A stretch of DNA of 64,000 bases from an uncultured Candidatus Rokubacteria bacterium (GTDB lineage: Bacteria > Methylomirabilota > Methylomirabilia > Rokubacteriales > CSP1-6), in NCBI GenBank assembly GCA_963758635.1, contig CAVWWD010000003.1:768001-832000 (forward strand), written 5' to 3'. The translations under genes were made by a program, and so were the position numbers. Below the pieces are notes generated by a model. It searched no databases and had not been told where the DNA came from. It saw only the letters and a list, made by a program, of their open reading frames with translations. Positions 10,810-20,244 of this stretch are shown here, in pieces. Position 1 is the first letter of the stretch; every line of letters begins with the position of its first letter.

Positions 10810-12321
10810 ATGACCATCCGTCGGCTCTGGATCGCCGCGCTCGCGCTCCTGCTCGTGGGCGCGACCGGGCCCGCGCAGGGGGCGCCGCAGCAGGGGGGGA
10901 ACCTGGTGGTGCAGGTCGCCACCGAGCCGCCCGGCCTCGACCTCACGACCAACCCGTCATCGGCCATCGCCGGCGTCGTGTTCGACAACGTGCAGGAAGG
11001 GCTCGTCAAGATCGACAAGAACGGCAAGATGGTCCCCTGGCTGGCCGAGCGCTGGTACACGACGGACAGCAAGAACTACACGTTCTTCATCCGGAAGGGC
11101 GTCCGGTTCCACAACGGGCGGGAGCTGCGCGCCGCCGACGTGAAGTTCGCCATCGACCGCGCCGTCAACCCGGAGACGAAGCACCCCTACCGCACCCAGT
11201 ACGACGTGATCCAGGACGTCATCGTCAAGGACGAGTACACGGTGACGGTGGCCCTCAAGAAGGTGGACGCCACCTTCCTCTACACGATGGCCCGGCAGGG
11301 CTCGGTGATCTACCCGCGCGAGGCGGTGGACGCGCTCAAGTCGCAGCCCCTCGGCACGGGGCCGTTCACGGTGGCGGAGTGGGTGCGCGGCGACCGCATC
11401 GTGCTCACGAGGAACAAGGACTACTGGGTGAAGGGCCTGCCGTACCTCGACAAGGTGACGTACCGGTTCATCCCCGACCCGAACTCCGCCCTCGCCGCGC
11501 TGAAGGCCGGTGACGTGGACGCCTCCATGTTCGGGCTGGGCCCGGAGAGCGTGGACGACCTGAAGAAGGACGGCCGCTTCCAGGTCATCATCGGCGACAG
11601 CACCAACGACGTCACGCTGTCGATGAACAACAGCAAGAAGCCGTACTCGGACAAGCGCGTCCGCCTCGCCATCACCCACGCCATCAACAAGGACGAGGTG
11701 CTCAAGGGCGCGATGTTCGGCCACGGCAAGATCCTCGGCTCGAACGTCGATCCCACCAACCCGTTCTTCGTGGACCTGTCCAAGCGCGTGCCCTACGACC
11801 CCGAGAAGGCGAAGAAGCTCCTCGCCGAGGCGGGCTACGCGAACGGCTTCGAGGCCACGTTCAAGGTGGCGCCGCAGTACTACTACACGGTGCGGAGCGC
11901 CGAGGTCATCGTCAACCAGCTCGCCAAGGTGGGCATCAAGGCGAAGATCCAGCAGGTGGAGTGGGGGCAGTGGCTGTCCCAGGTGTTCTGCCTCGCCCCG
12001 TGCCAGAACCCCGACTACGACATGTCGATCATCGGCCACGCCGAGGCGTGGGACATCGGCAACTTCGCCAACCCGAAGTACTACTTCCGCTGGGACAGCC
12101 CGGAGTTCCAGAAGGTCTTCACGGAATCGCAGGTGACGGTGGACGACAAGAAGCGCCGCGAGCTCTACGTGAAGATGCAGCAGATGCTCGCCGACGAGGC
12201 CCCCGCGGTGTGGCTCTACATGCACCCGCGCCTCGTCGCCGCCAAGAAGGGCCTCACCGGCATCTGGAAGGACCTGCCGCTCCCCGTGTTCGATCTCTCC
12301 GAGGTCGCCTGGCAGAAGTAG
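10810..12321 (+). CDS. Peptide ABC substrate-binding protein (SBP family 5)
   Basis: Signal MTIRRLWIAALALLLVGA; RKGVRFHNG, PLGTGPF, AKKLLAEAGY. Confidence 0.9.
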   Translation: MTIRRLWIAALALLLVGATGPAQGAPQQGGNLVVQVATEPPGLDLTTNPSSAIAGVVFDNVQEGLVKIDKNGKMVPWLAERWYTTDSKNYTFFIRKGVRFHNGRELRAADVKFAIDRAVNPETKHPYRTQYDVIQDVIVKDEYTVTVALKKVDATFLYTMARQGSVIYPREAVDALKSQPLGTGPFTVAEWVRGDRIVLTRNKDYWVKGLPYLDKVTYRFIPDPNSALAALKAGDVDASMFGLGPESVDDLKKDGRFQVIIGDSTNDVTLSMNNSKKPYSDKRVRLAITHAINKDEVLKGAMFGHGKILGSNVDPTNPFFVDLSKRVPYDPEKAKKLLAEAGYANGFEATFKVAPQYYYTVRSAEVIVNQLAKVGIKAKIQQVEWGQWLSQVFCLAPCQNPDYDMSIIGHAEAWDIGNFANPKYYFRWDSPEFQKVFTESQVTVDDKKRRELYVKMQQMLADEAPAVWLYMHPRLVAAKKGLTGIWKDLPLPVFDLSEVAWQK

Positions 12322-12339
12322 CGCCGGGCGAAGCCCGGA

Positions 12340-13284
12340 GTGCGGCGGTACGTCGCGAGGAGGGTGGCCGCGCTGGTGGCCACCCTCTTCTTCGTCTCGC
12401 TCCTCGTCTTCGTCGTCGTGCGCGTGCTCCCCGGCGACCCCGCCGTCATCATCATGGGCACCGAGGGCAGCGCCGAGGCCGCCGCCCGCATCCGCACCGC
12501 GCTGGGCCTGGACCGCCCGCTGCCCGTGCAGTACCTCGACTGGATCACCCGCGCGCTCTCCGGCGACCTCGGCCGCTCGATCCAGTACGACGTGCCCGTC
12601 GCGTCGCTCATCCTGTCCCGCCTCGCCGTCACCTTGCCGCTCACGCTCATGGCCGGCGTCTTCATGATGGCGGCGGCCATCCCGCTGGGCGTGCTCGCCG
12701 CCGTCCACCAGCGGCGCTGGGGCGACTACGTCACGATGACGCTCTCCCAGGTCGGGGTGGCGGTGCCCGGCTTCTGGGCCGGCCTGCTCCTCGTCCTTCT
12801 CTTCTCGGTCAAGCTGGGCTGGTTCAAGTCGGGCGGCTTCGACGGCTGGTCCCAGGGCGTCGGGCCGGCGCTCACCTCGCTGCTCCTCCCCGCGGTGGCC
12901 CTCGGCCTCTTCCAGTTCGCGGTGCTGGCGCGCACCACGCGCTCGGCCGTGCTCGAGGTGCTGCGCGAGGAGTACGTGAAGACGGCGCGGGCCAAGGGCG
13001 TGGCCGAGCGCGCCGTGCTCTTCCGTCACACACTGCGGAACGCGATGATCCCCATCCTCACCGTGGCGGGCATCCAGCTCGGCCAGCTCATGGCCGGCAG
13101 CATCATCCTGGAGTCGGTGTTCTACCTCCCCGGCCTCGGACGGCTCGCGCTGGGCGCGATCAACGCGCGCGACCTGCCCGTGGTCCAGGGCGTGGTGCTG
13201 TTCGTGGCCGCGGTGATCGTGACCATCAATGTGGCCGTCGACCTCCTGTATGGCCTCCTCGACCCGCGCATCCGCTACGAGTAG
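12340..13284 (+). CDS. Peptide ABC permease (DppB-like)
   Basis: LPGDPA, LGLDRPLPVQY, EYVKTARAKG, LDPRIRY. Confidence 0.92.
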   Translation: MRRYVARRVAALVATLFFVSLLVFVVVRVLPGDPAVIIMGTEGSAEAAARIRTALGLDRPLPVQYLDWITRALSGDLGRSIQYDVPVASLILSRLAVTLPLTLMAGVFMMAAAIPLGVLAAVHQRRWGDYVTMTLSQVGVAVPGFWAGLLLVLLFSVKLGWFKSGGFDGWSQGVGPALTSLLLPAVALGLFQFAVLARTTRSAVLEVLREEYVKTARAKGVAERAVLFRHTLRNAMIPILTVAGIQLGQLMAGSIILESVFYLPGLGRLALGAINARDLPVVQGVVLFVAAVIVTINVAVDLLYGLLDPRIRYE

Positions 13285-13295
13285 CGCCGCCCGAT

Positions 13296-13332
13296 CCCCT
13301 CTCCCCTCGGGGGAGAGGGCCAGGGTGAGGGG
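13296..13332. repeat. REP-like palindrome, copy 2 (overlaps the probable start of the next gene)
   Basis: CCCCTCTCCCCTCGGGGGAGAGGGCCAGGGTGAGGGG. Confidence 0.8.
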
Positions 13333-14161
13333 CGGTCGCCGGCGCGCCCGCCCGTTCCGGCACGTCACGTTCACGATCGGCCTCGCCGTCACCGTCGCCC
13401 TCGTCGCCACCGCCGCGCTGAGCCTCGTCTACACGCCCCACGATCCCCTCGAGATGTCGATCGCCGGCCGGCTCCAGGGCCCGTCGGGCGGGCACCTCTT
13501 CGGCACCGATCAGTTCGGGCGCGACCTCCTCTCCCGCGTGATGACCGGCGCCGTCACGTCGATCCTGGTCGGCGTGATCGCGGTGGGGATCGGCATGGGC
13601 GTGGGCGTGGCGCTCGGCATGCTCTCCGGCTACTTCGGCGGCTGGACCGACGAGGGCTTCATGCGGCTCATGGACGCGGTGCAGGGCTTCCCCGCCATCC
13701 TGTCCGCGCTCCTGATCTCCTCGGTGTTCAAGCCGTCCACCGCCATCAGCATGATCGCGATCGGCGTGGCGTTCCTGCCCGTGTTCGCGCGGCTCACCCG
13801 CGGCGCCTTCCTCGAGCTGCGCGACCGTGACTTCGTGGTCGCCGCGCGCGCGCTGGGCGCGGGCGACGCCGCCCTCATCGGCCGCCACATCCTGCCGAAC
13901 ACGCTGTCGCCCCTCATCGTGCAGGCGACCATCAGCTTCCCGGTGGCCATCCTCGCCGAGGCCGGCCTCGCCTACCTGGGGATCGGCACCCAGCCGCCGC
14001 ACCCCTCGTGGGGGCTGATGCTGCGCGAGGCGCAGGGCTTCCTCGCGATGAACCCGTGGTTCGCGGTCTTCCCCGGCGGCGCCATCGCCCTCACCGTGCT
14101 CGGACTCAACCTGCTCGGCGACGGCCTCCGCGACCTCCTCGACCCCAAGCAGGCGCGCTAG
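13325..14161 (+). CDS. Peptide ABC permease (DppC-like)
   Basis: HLFGTDQFGRDLLSR, DFVVAARALG, PPHPSWGLML, GDGLRDLLDP. Confidence 0.9.
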   Translation: MRGGRRRARPFRHVTFTIGLAVTVALVATAALSLVYTPHDPLEMSIAGRLQGPSGGHLFGTDQFGRDLLSRVMTGAVTSILVGVIAVGIGMGVGVALGMLSGYFGGWTDEGFMRLMDAVQGFPAILSALLISSVFKPSTAISMIAIGVAFLPVFARLTRGAFLELRDRDFVVAARALGAGDAALIGRHILPNTLSPLIVQATISFPVAILAEAGLAYLGIGTQPPHPSWGLMLREAQGFLAMNPWFAVFPGGAIALTVLGLNLLGDGLRDLLDPKQAR

Positions 14162-14196
14162 CGCGCCGGTCGATGATCTGGTAGTATGGCAGCGGT

Positions 14197-14475
14197 ATGG
14201 TAAAGGTCACGTTCACCCTCGACGAGGCCACCGTGGCCCGTCTCCGGCAAGCCGCGGCGCGACTGGCCCGCCCCCAGAGCCAGGTGGTCCGCGAGGCCAT
14301 CCGCGACTATGCGGAGCGGGCCGGCAAGCTGAGCGAGGACGAGCGACTCCGCCTCCTCCGTGCCTTCGACGAGCTCGTGCCGCGGATTCGCCGGCGTCCG
14401 GCGGGGGCCGTGGCCGCGGAGATCAGGGCCGTGCGCGACGCCCGCCGTCGCGGCGGCCGCCGCCGCGCCGGGTGA
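14197..14475 (+). CDS. Ribbon-helix-helix (CopG-type) antitoxin, VapB-like
   Basis: MVKVTFTLDEATVARL..SQVVREAI RHH pattern; GTGA overlap with the PIN gene. Confidence 0.8.
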   Translation: MVKVTFTLDEATVARLRQAAARLARPQSQVVREAIRDYAERAGKLSEDERLRLLRAFDELVPRIRRRPAGAVAAEIRAVRDARRRGGRRRAG

Positions 14476-14867
14476 TCCACCTCGACACGTCGGTGCTCAT
14501 CGAGGCGCTGAGCGGGGCCCAGCGCTCGGCGCGAGACCTTCGCGTGATGCTCGAGACGGGCGAACGGGTGGCTCTCTCGACGCTCGTGCTCTACGAATGG
14601 CTCCGGGGGCCTCGGGTGGCCGCGGAGCTCGCCGCGCAAGAAGCCCTGTTTCCTCGTGAATCGGCGGTGCCGTTCGGGACGGCGGAGGCGGCCCTCGCCG
14701 CCGATCTGTACCGCCGGCTCCCGCGCGCGCGGGGCCGCGAGGTCGACCTCGCCGTCGCGGCGTGCGCGATCACGCACGATGCAGTGCTCTGGACCCTGAA
14801 CCCCGAGGACTTCGCGGACATCGCCGACCTGCGGCTCCGCCAGCTTCGGGCGGACGGTAGGGGATGA
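14472..14867 (+). CDS. vapC: PIN domain toxin, VapC family
   Basis: IHLDTSVLI, LYEW, DLAVAACAI, TLNPEDF. Confidence 0.88.
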   Translation: MIHLDTSVLIEALSGAQRSARDLRVMLETGERVALSTLVLYEWLRGPRVAAELAAQEALFPRESAVPFGTAEAALAADLYRRLPRARGREVDLAVAACAITHDAVLWTLNPEDFADIADLRLRQLRADGRG

Positions 14868-16300
14868 CCATGGCCGGATTCGCCGACTACGAGGAGTTCG
14901 ACGCGCTGGGGCTGGCCGGGCTCGTGCGCCGGGGCAAGGTGACGCCGGCCGATCTCCTCGACGCGGCGATCGAGCGGGTCGAGGCGCGGAACCCGCGGGT
15001 GAACGCGGTGGTCACGAAGCTCTACGACTACGCGCGCCGGGCCATCGCCGAGGGGCTGCCCGACGGGCCGTTCCGCGGGGTGCCCTATCTGATGAAGGAC
15101 CTCACGGCGTCGATCGCCGGCGTGCCCATGACGCGCGGCTCGCGCTTCTTCGCGGACACGCCGCCCCCCACCGCGGACAGCGAGCACGTGCGGCGCCTCA
15201 AGCGCGCCGGGCTCGTCATCTTCGGGCGCACCAACACGTGCGAGCTCGGGCTGTCGCTCACGTGCGAGCCCGTGCTGCACGGGCCCACGCGGAACCCGTG
15301 GGATCCCGCGCGCATCTCCGGCGGCTCGAGCGGCGGCGCGGCGGCCGCCGTCGGCGCGCGCATGCTGCCGATGGCGCACGCCACCGACGGCTTCGGCTCC
15401 ATCCGCGCCCCCGCCGCGTGCTGCGGCGTCGTGGGGCTCAAGCCCACGCGCGCGCGCAACACCATGGCGCCGTTCCTCGGCGAGGGGCTCGGGGGGCTGT
15501 CCTGCGAGCACGCCGTCACGCTGACCGTGCGCGACTCCGCCGCGCTCCTGGACGCCACGTTCGGCCCGGGGCCGGGCGATCCGTACTTCGCGCCGCCGCC
15601 CGCCCGCCCGTACCTCGACGAGGTGAGCGCGGATCCGGGGACGCTCCGCATCGCGTGGACGGCGGCCGCGCCCAACCGCGCGCCCGTGGAGGCGGAGAGC
15701 CTCGCCGCCCTCGACGAGACGGTGCGCGTCTGCCGCGAGCTCGGCCACCACGTGGAGGAGGCGAACCCGGAGATCGAGGGCGAGGCGGTGGTTCCGACGT
15801 TTCTGACCCTGGCCTCGGCCAACACCGTGGTGAACCTGGCGAGCCATCCCTCGGGCCGGCCGCCCGGGCCGGACGAGGTGGAGCGCGTGACGCGCGGCAC
15901 CGCGCTCCTCGGCGAGCGGGTGAGCGGCGCCGACTACGTCCGCGCCACCCAGACCGCGCACCGTCTCGGCCGTCAGATGGCGGCCTTCCACGCGCGCTAC
16001 GACCTGCTGCTCACGCCCGGGCTCGCCACGCTGCCCCCGCCGCTCGGGTACATCGACATGATGCTGGACGACGTCCACGAGTACTGGCGGCGGGTGTTCA
16101 CGTTCTCGCCGTTCACCGTGTGGTTCAACCTGACCGGCCAGCCCGCGATGATGCTGCCGCTCGGACGGTCGGCGGCGGGGCTCCCCGTGGCCGTGCAGCT
16201 GGTGGGACGCTTCGGCGACGAGCCCGCCATCTTCCAGCTCGCCGCCCAGCTCGAGCGCGCGCGGCCGTGGATCGCGCGGAGGCCGCCCGCGGCGGGGTGA
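14864..16300 (+). CDS. Amidase signature family enzyme
   Basis: GVPYLMKDL, SGGSSGGAAAAV, ATDGFGSIRAPAACCG. Confidence 0.92.
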   Translation: MTMAGFADYEEFDALGLAGLVRRGKVTPADLLDAAIERVEARNPRVNAVVTKLYDYARRAIAEGLPDGPFRGVPYLMKDLTASIAGVPMTRGSRFFADTPPPTADSEHVRRLKRAGLVIFGRTNTCELGLSLTCEPVLHGPTRNPWDPARISGGSSGGAAAAVGARMLPMAHATDGFGSIRAPAACCGVVGLKPTRARNTMAPFLGEGLGGLSCEHAVTLTVRDSAALLDATFGPGPGDPYFAPPPARPYLDEVSADPGTLRIAWTAAAPNRAPVEAESLAALDETVRVCRELGHHVEEANPEIEGEAVVPTFLTLASANTVVNLASHPSGRPPGPDEVERVTRGTALLGERVSGADYVRATQTAHRLGRQMAAFHARYDLLLTPGLATLPPPLGYIDMMLDDVHEYWRRVFTFSPFTVWFNLTGQPAMMLPLGRSAAGLPVAVQLVGRFGDEPAIFQLAAQLERARPWIARRPPAAG

Positions 16301-16310
16301 TCGTCGTGCT

Positions 16311-16425
16311 CCCTCTCCCTTCCAGGGAGAGGGCCGGGGTGAGGGTCGGTGGAACTATCTCGCCGGTCTGCCCGCGTGCTCGTGCGACCGCCCCTCACCC
16401 TGCCCTCTCCCCGAAGGGGAGAGGG
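16311..16425. repeat. Inverted pair of REP-like palindromes (copies 3 and 4) between convergent genes
   Basis: CCCTCTCCCTTCCAGGGAGAGGGCCGGGGTGAGGG (16311-16345) and CCCTCACCCTGCCCTCTCCCCGAAGGGGAGAGGG (16392-16425). Confidence 0.85.
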
Positions 16426-16451
16426 TTGTGAGGAGCCGCCCTGCGGGCGGA

Positions 16452-17498
16452 TCACCTCATGTGGGGGATCACCTCGTGGGTCAGCAGGTGGAGGCTCCGC
16501 GTCTCGAGCTCCTGCGGGATCAGCCCGCCGGGGTTCACCTCCACCACGAAGCCGTCCAGGCCCAGCTCGTCCCGGATCTGACCGAGCCGCTCGATCACCT
16601 GCGCCGGCGTGCCGAACGCCACCTTGCGGGCCAGCATGTCGTCGTAGGTGAGGCCGGCCATGCGCTCGGCCTGGGCGCTCCGCCGGTCGGCGGGGCCCGC
16701 GCCGGCGCGCCCCACCGCGGAGCGGGCCAGGTTCGTCTGGCGGCCGAAGAACGCGTGGAGGCTCTCGCGCGGCTCCTCGCGCGCGCCGTCCTCGGTGGGC
16801 GACACGTACACGGGAATGCGCAGGTACACGCTCGGGGCGCCCGTGTGACCGGCCTCGCGCCAGGCGTCGCGGAACGGTCCGAGCGCCCGCTTCACGTCGG
16901 AGATCTCGGTGGCGCGCAGGCCGACGAAGATCGGCAGCCCGAGCCGCCCGGCGATCGGGTACGTCTCGTCGCTCGTCGCCGCCATGCGGACGGGCGGATG
17001 CGGCACCTGGAAGGGGCGCGGCGCCACCGTGGTCTCCGCGACGCGGTAGAACTCGCCCTCGTAGCTGAACGGCTCGCCCGTCCACGCGCGGCGGATGATC
17101 TCCAGCGCCTCGCGGAAGCGCGCCTGGCTCTCCGCGTACGGCACGCCGTAGATGTCGTACGAGCGCACCACGCCGCTCCGTCCGATGCCGAACTCGAAGC
17201 GCCCCTCGCTGATCTGGTCGACGGTGGCCACCTCCTCGGCGATGCGGAGGGGATGGTTGAGCGGCAGCACCTGCACGGCCGTCCCCACGTGGACGCGCCG
17301 GGTGCGCGTGGCGATGGCGGTGGCGACCTGGAGCGACGCCGAGATCACGGATCGGCCCGGCGTGAAGTGGATCTCGCCCAGCCAGACGCAGTCCATCCCC
17401 CAGGCCTCGGCCTTCTCCGCGAGCCCGAAGACGTCGCGGAAGGCGGCGGGCTGGGTGACCCCCTGACGAAGCTCCTCGACGAAGAGCCCGAAGTGCAT
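16452..17498 (-). CDS. LLM class flavin-dependent oxidoreductase
   Basis: MHFGLF, VWLGEIHF, HPLRIAEEVATVDQISEGRFEFGIGR, PRPFQVPHPP. Confidence 0.9.
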   Translation of the reverse strand: MHFGLFVEELRQGVTQPAAFRDVFGLAEKAEAWGMDCVWLGEIHFTPGRSVISASLQVATAIATRTRRVHVGTAVQVLPLNHPLRIAEEVATVDQISEGRFEFGIGRSGVVRSYDIYGVPYAESQARFREALEIIRRAWTGEPFSYEGEFYRVAETTVAPRPFQVPHPPVRMAATSDETYPIAGRLGLPIFVGLRATEISDVKRALGPFRDAWREAGHTGAPSVYLRIPVYVSPTEDGAREEPRESLHAFFGRQTNLARSAVGRAGAGPADRRSAQAERMAGLTYDDMLARKVAFGTPAQVIERLGQIRDELGLDGFVVEVNPGGLIPQELETRSLHLLTHEVIPHMR

Positions 17499-17591
17499 GA
17501 GCGAGACCTTTCTGTCGGTCCGCATCATTCGCGAATGAAAGCGGACCCTTGGCACTGCGTCAGCCCGGTGCCCTGGGCATGCATGGGCACC

Positions 17592-18104
17592 TCAGGGGGC
17601 GTCCGCGATGTCGCGCGCGTGCGCGAGCACGTGCATCACCGCCACCTGGAGGAACACGGCGGCGAGGGGGCCGGTGACGCCGCCGGCCGAGCGGATGGGG
17701 CGGGCGAAGAGCGTCTCGTCGGCCGCCTCCACCGCGGCGATGGTCGCGGCGCGATTCCGCTCGAACTCGGCGATCAGCTCGGCTACGGGGAGGCCGGCGC
17801 GCTTGGCGACCTGGCGATCGTTGTAGGAGTCGTTGCCGCCACGCATGGCGCGCGTGGGCGGATCCCCCGGCGGCGCCGGCGCGGCGCTCGGCGCCCCCGC
17901 GTCGCGCGCGATGTCGATGAGCCGCGGATACGTCCACTCGATCGACGCGATGTGCGCGAGGATCTGGCGCCCGTTCCAGCCGTTCTCGTAGCGGCCTTCC
18001 TCGAGGCGCTCGGGCGCGAGGGCCCGGAGCGCGGACAGCACCTCGTCGCGGCTGGCACGGAGCGCCGTGAGCAGCTCGCCCTTGGACGGCGCGGGATCGG
18101 TCAC
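17592..18104 (-). CDS. DinB/YfiT-like (DinB_2) family protein
   Basis: GWNGRQILAHIASIE and C-terminal HVLAHARDI metal-binding pattern. Confidence 0.75.
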   Translation of the reverse strand: MTDPAPSKGELLTALRASRDEVLSALRALAPERLEEGRYENGWNGRQILAHIASIEWTYPRLIDIARDAGAPSAAPAPPGDPPTRAMRGGNDSYNDRQVAKRAGLPVAELIAEFERNRAATIAAVEAADETLFARPIRSAGGVTGPLAAVFLQVAVMHVLAHARDIADAP

Positions 18105-18580
18105 AGCGGGATGGCCAGGAGCGTGTCGATGCGGCTACTGTCGCAGACCACGATGCGCTCGCGCAGGCGCAGGACGCCGTCCTCCTCCACCACCGCGTCC
18201 AGGTAGCGGCCGGTGGCGAAGATGTCCATGCGCCCGTCGCGCATGATGCGCACGACGAGGAAGGGCGTCTCCACCCGGGCGATCCCGTCCGCCTCGGACA
18301 GCACGGCGGGCATGCCGACCACGTGGCGGTACGCCTGGCGCTCGTAGATGTTGGCGCGGCGCAGCGCGGCCACGCGGTCCTCGAGCATGCCCTTGCCGTC
18401 CGCGTACATGAGGCCGGCGGGCATGCCGCGCCGGTGGTTGTCGGCCGAGGTCACCTTGTAGAGGCACTCGTCGGCGAAGAAGCCCGGCCAGTCCTCGAGG
18501 CGGTCGTCGTCCAGCGCGCGGGCGTAGTCGGCGTTGAGCTGCCACACCAGGGGAAGGAGGTGCGCCGGGGCCAGGGCCAT
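18101..18580 (-). CDS. Aromatic ring-hydroxylating dioxygenase beta subunit (TphA3/NagH-like)
   Basis: YARALDDDRLEDWPGFF, DRVAALRRANIYERQAYRH, ERIVVCDS..DTLLAIPL. Confidence 0.9.
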   Translation of the reverse strand: MALAPAHLLPLVWQLNADYARALDDDRLEDWPGFFADECLYKVTSADNHRRGMPAGLMYADGKGMLEDRVAALRRANIYERQAYRHVVGMPAVLSEADGIARVETPFLVVRIMRDGRMDIFATGRYLDAVVEEDGVLRLRERIVVCDSSRIDTLLAIPL

Positions 18581-18590
18581 CGGCCGCGCC

Positions 18591-19832
18591 TCAGTGCCCC
18601 ATGTAGCGGCGATAGGCCTTCCAGAAGCCGCGCACCGACGCCTCGGTGGCGCGGGTCTCCTGGGACTCGGCGCCCTCGCCGCCCATGTTGACCACCGACA
18701 CCTCGTCGCCCGCGGTGGCCGCGCCGCGCTGGACGAAGCCGCCCACGCAGCCGTCCTCCATGGAGACGTAGCCGGCGGGCCCGACCAGGTTCGCCTGCTT
18801 GAGGCGCAGCCGCCGCAGCTCGGGGGTGTCGTCGGCGAAGCCCAGGTAGGTCCAGTTGAGATCCATCGCTCCCGGTCCGCGCGGCACCACCTGCCGGACG
18901 GCGAGGGAGTTGTGGATCTGCTGGAGCACGAAGCCCGGGAACACGGTGAGGATCTGGAGCTGGATGTCGTCGCCCATCTCGTTCACGGAGTCGAGCAGGC
19001 TCGGATCGGCGAGGCGGTAGCCCTGGTGCTCGGAGCGGATGCCCTGCTCGCGGTACGCGGAGCTGGTGCGGTCGTCGGCGCGGTCGATCGTGTAGCTCGC
19101 GTGGTGGCCGCCGTCCGGGCTCACGAGCACGCCGCCGCCCTGGGTGAGGCGGGTGATCCGGAACGTGCCGAAGAACGCGTGGAGCAGGCTCGCGTGGTAC
19201 GTGTCCTTCACGTTCTCGATGTAGAGCTTCCAGTTGTTGGGCAGGGCCTGGGTGAAGCGGCCGAGCACCTCCACGGGGCGGCGCAGCACGCGCCGGATGC
19301 GGCCGAGCACCTCCTCGCCCAGGTACTCCTCGATGGGCGGCGTGGCGTCGCACAGGGTGACGAAGACGAGCCCGCAGAGGGTGGTGGTGCGCAGCCGCCG
19401 CGGGCCGTGCGCCGCCTTGTCGAAGGAGGCAGGCATGCCGCCCTTGCCGTTGGCGCCCTTCTCGAACGCGATGCCGACGAGGGCGCCCTCCAGGTCGTAG
19501 CTCCACGCGTGGTACACGCACTGGAACCGTCGGTCGACGTGGCCGGCGTCGTCGAGCGCGATGAGGGCGCCGCGGTGCGCGCAGCGGTTCTCGAAGGCGT
19601 GGATCGCCCCGCCGGCGCCGCGCGCCACGATGATCGGCATCTCGCCGACGAACGTGGTGCGATAGTCCCCGGGCTCCGGGACGTCCGACTCGAGGCACGC
19701 GTAGTTCCACACCGGGCCCTCGAAGATGCGCCGCAGCTCGTCCCGGTAGTTGGCCTCGTCTTGATAGACCCAGTACGGCACGCGGGCCAGGCCCTCTCCG
19801 GGCCAGGCGCGCTGCGGGGCGGAGATGCTCAT
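18591..19832 (-). CDS. Rieske ring-hydroxylating dioxygenase alpha subunit (terephthalate 1,2-dioxygenase TphA2-like)
   Basis: Rieske NRCAHRG...CVYHAW; mononuclear Fe motif [18 protein letters not shown]. Confidence 0.92.
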   Translation of the reverse strand: MSISAPQRAWPGEGLARVPYWVYQDEANYRDELRRIFEGPVWNYACLESDVPEPGDYRTTFVGEMPIIVARGAGGAIHAFENRCAHRGALIALDDAGHVDRRFQCVYHAWSYDLEGALVGIAFEKGANGKGGMPASFDKAAHGPRRLRTTTLCGLVFVTLCDATPPIEEYLGEEVLGRIRRVLRRPVEVLGRFTQALPNNWKLYIENVKDTYHASLLHAFFGTFRITRLTQGGGVLVSPDGGHHASYTIDRADDRTSSAYREQGIRSEHQGYRLADPSLLDSVNEMGDDIQLQILTVFPGFVLQQIHNSLAVRQVVPRGPGAMDLNWTYLGFADDTPELRRLRLKQANLVGPAGYVSMEDGCVGGFVQRGAATAGDEVSVVNMGGEGAESQETRATEASVRGFWKAYRRYMGH

Positions 19833-19870
19833 GCGGAGCTCCTTTGGCGGCGGCGACGCGGGTGAAGAGG

Positions 19871-19879
19871 AGGATAGCA
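19871..19879 (-). promoter_or_regulatory. Extended -10 element for the dioxygenase operon
   Basis: TGCTATCCT on the minus strand, about 40 nt upstream of the ATG. Confidence 0.4.
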
Positions 19880-20244
19880 CTAGCAAATGACTCCCGCAGA
19901 ATTGCGTCACAGCGCCTGCCTCGTGGAATCAGCCTCTCGTGCGTTCGTCAGTTCCGCGGGGCTCTTGACGCGAGGCCCTGACGAAGTCGAGGATGGCGCG
20001 GGGAAGGAGCGTGTCCGGCGTGTTGAACGCGTACACCTCGGACATGTGACTGTGGCCGCTCGTGTCTGGCCCACCCTCGCGTGGATTTGACTCGCTGCGC
20101 CGCCGAGGCGAAGATCTCGTCGCGGTCACCCTGTCCTCCGAGAGGGTTCGAAGATCCCGACGATCAGCCGCGGCTGTCGCGTGAGACGCTCCCGACTGGT
20201 CCTCGCGGCGCGCGCATCGGGCGCGCCAGGGACACGCGGGCGGG

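Noticed and set aside
9229..12321. 1030-aa ORF suggesting an epimerase-SBP fusion
   Set aside because: The junction is a G homopolymer (ATGGGGGTTGTGAACATG); removing one G gives TGA just before an ATG with a signal peptide. A cytoplasmic SDR fused to an exported SBP is implausible, and indels are frequent in this window.
19929..20045. 38-aa minus-strand ORF (MSEVYAFNTPDTLLPRAILDFV...) as a possible RiPP precursor for the radical SAM island
   Set aside because: No clear SD, leader/core pattern or repeated motif, and it is separated from the rSAM by the GNAT gene; unsupported.
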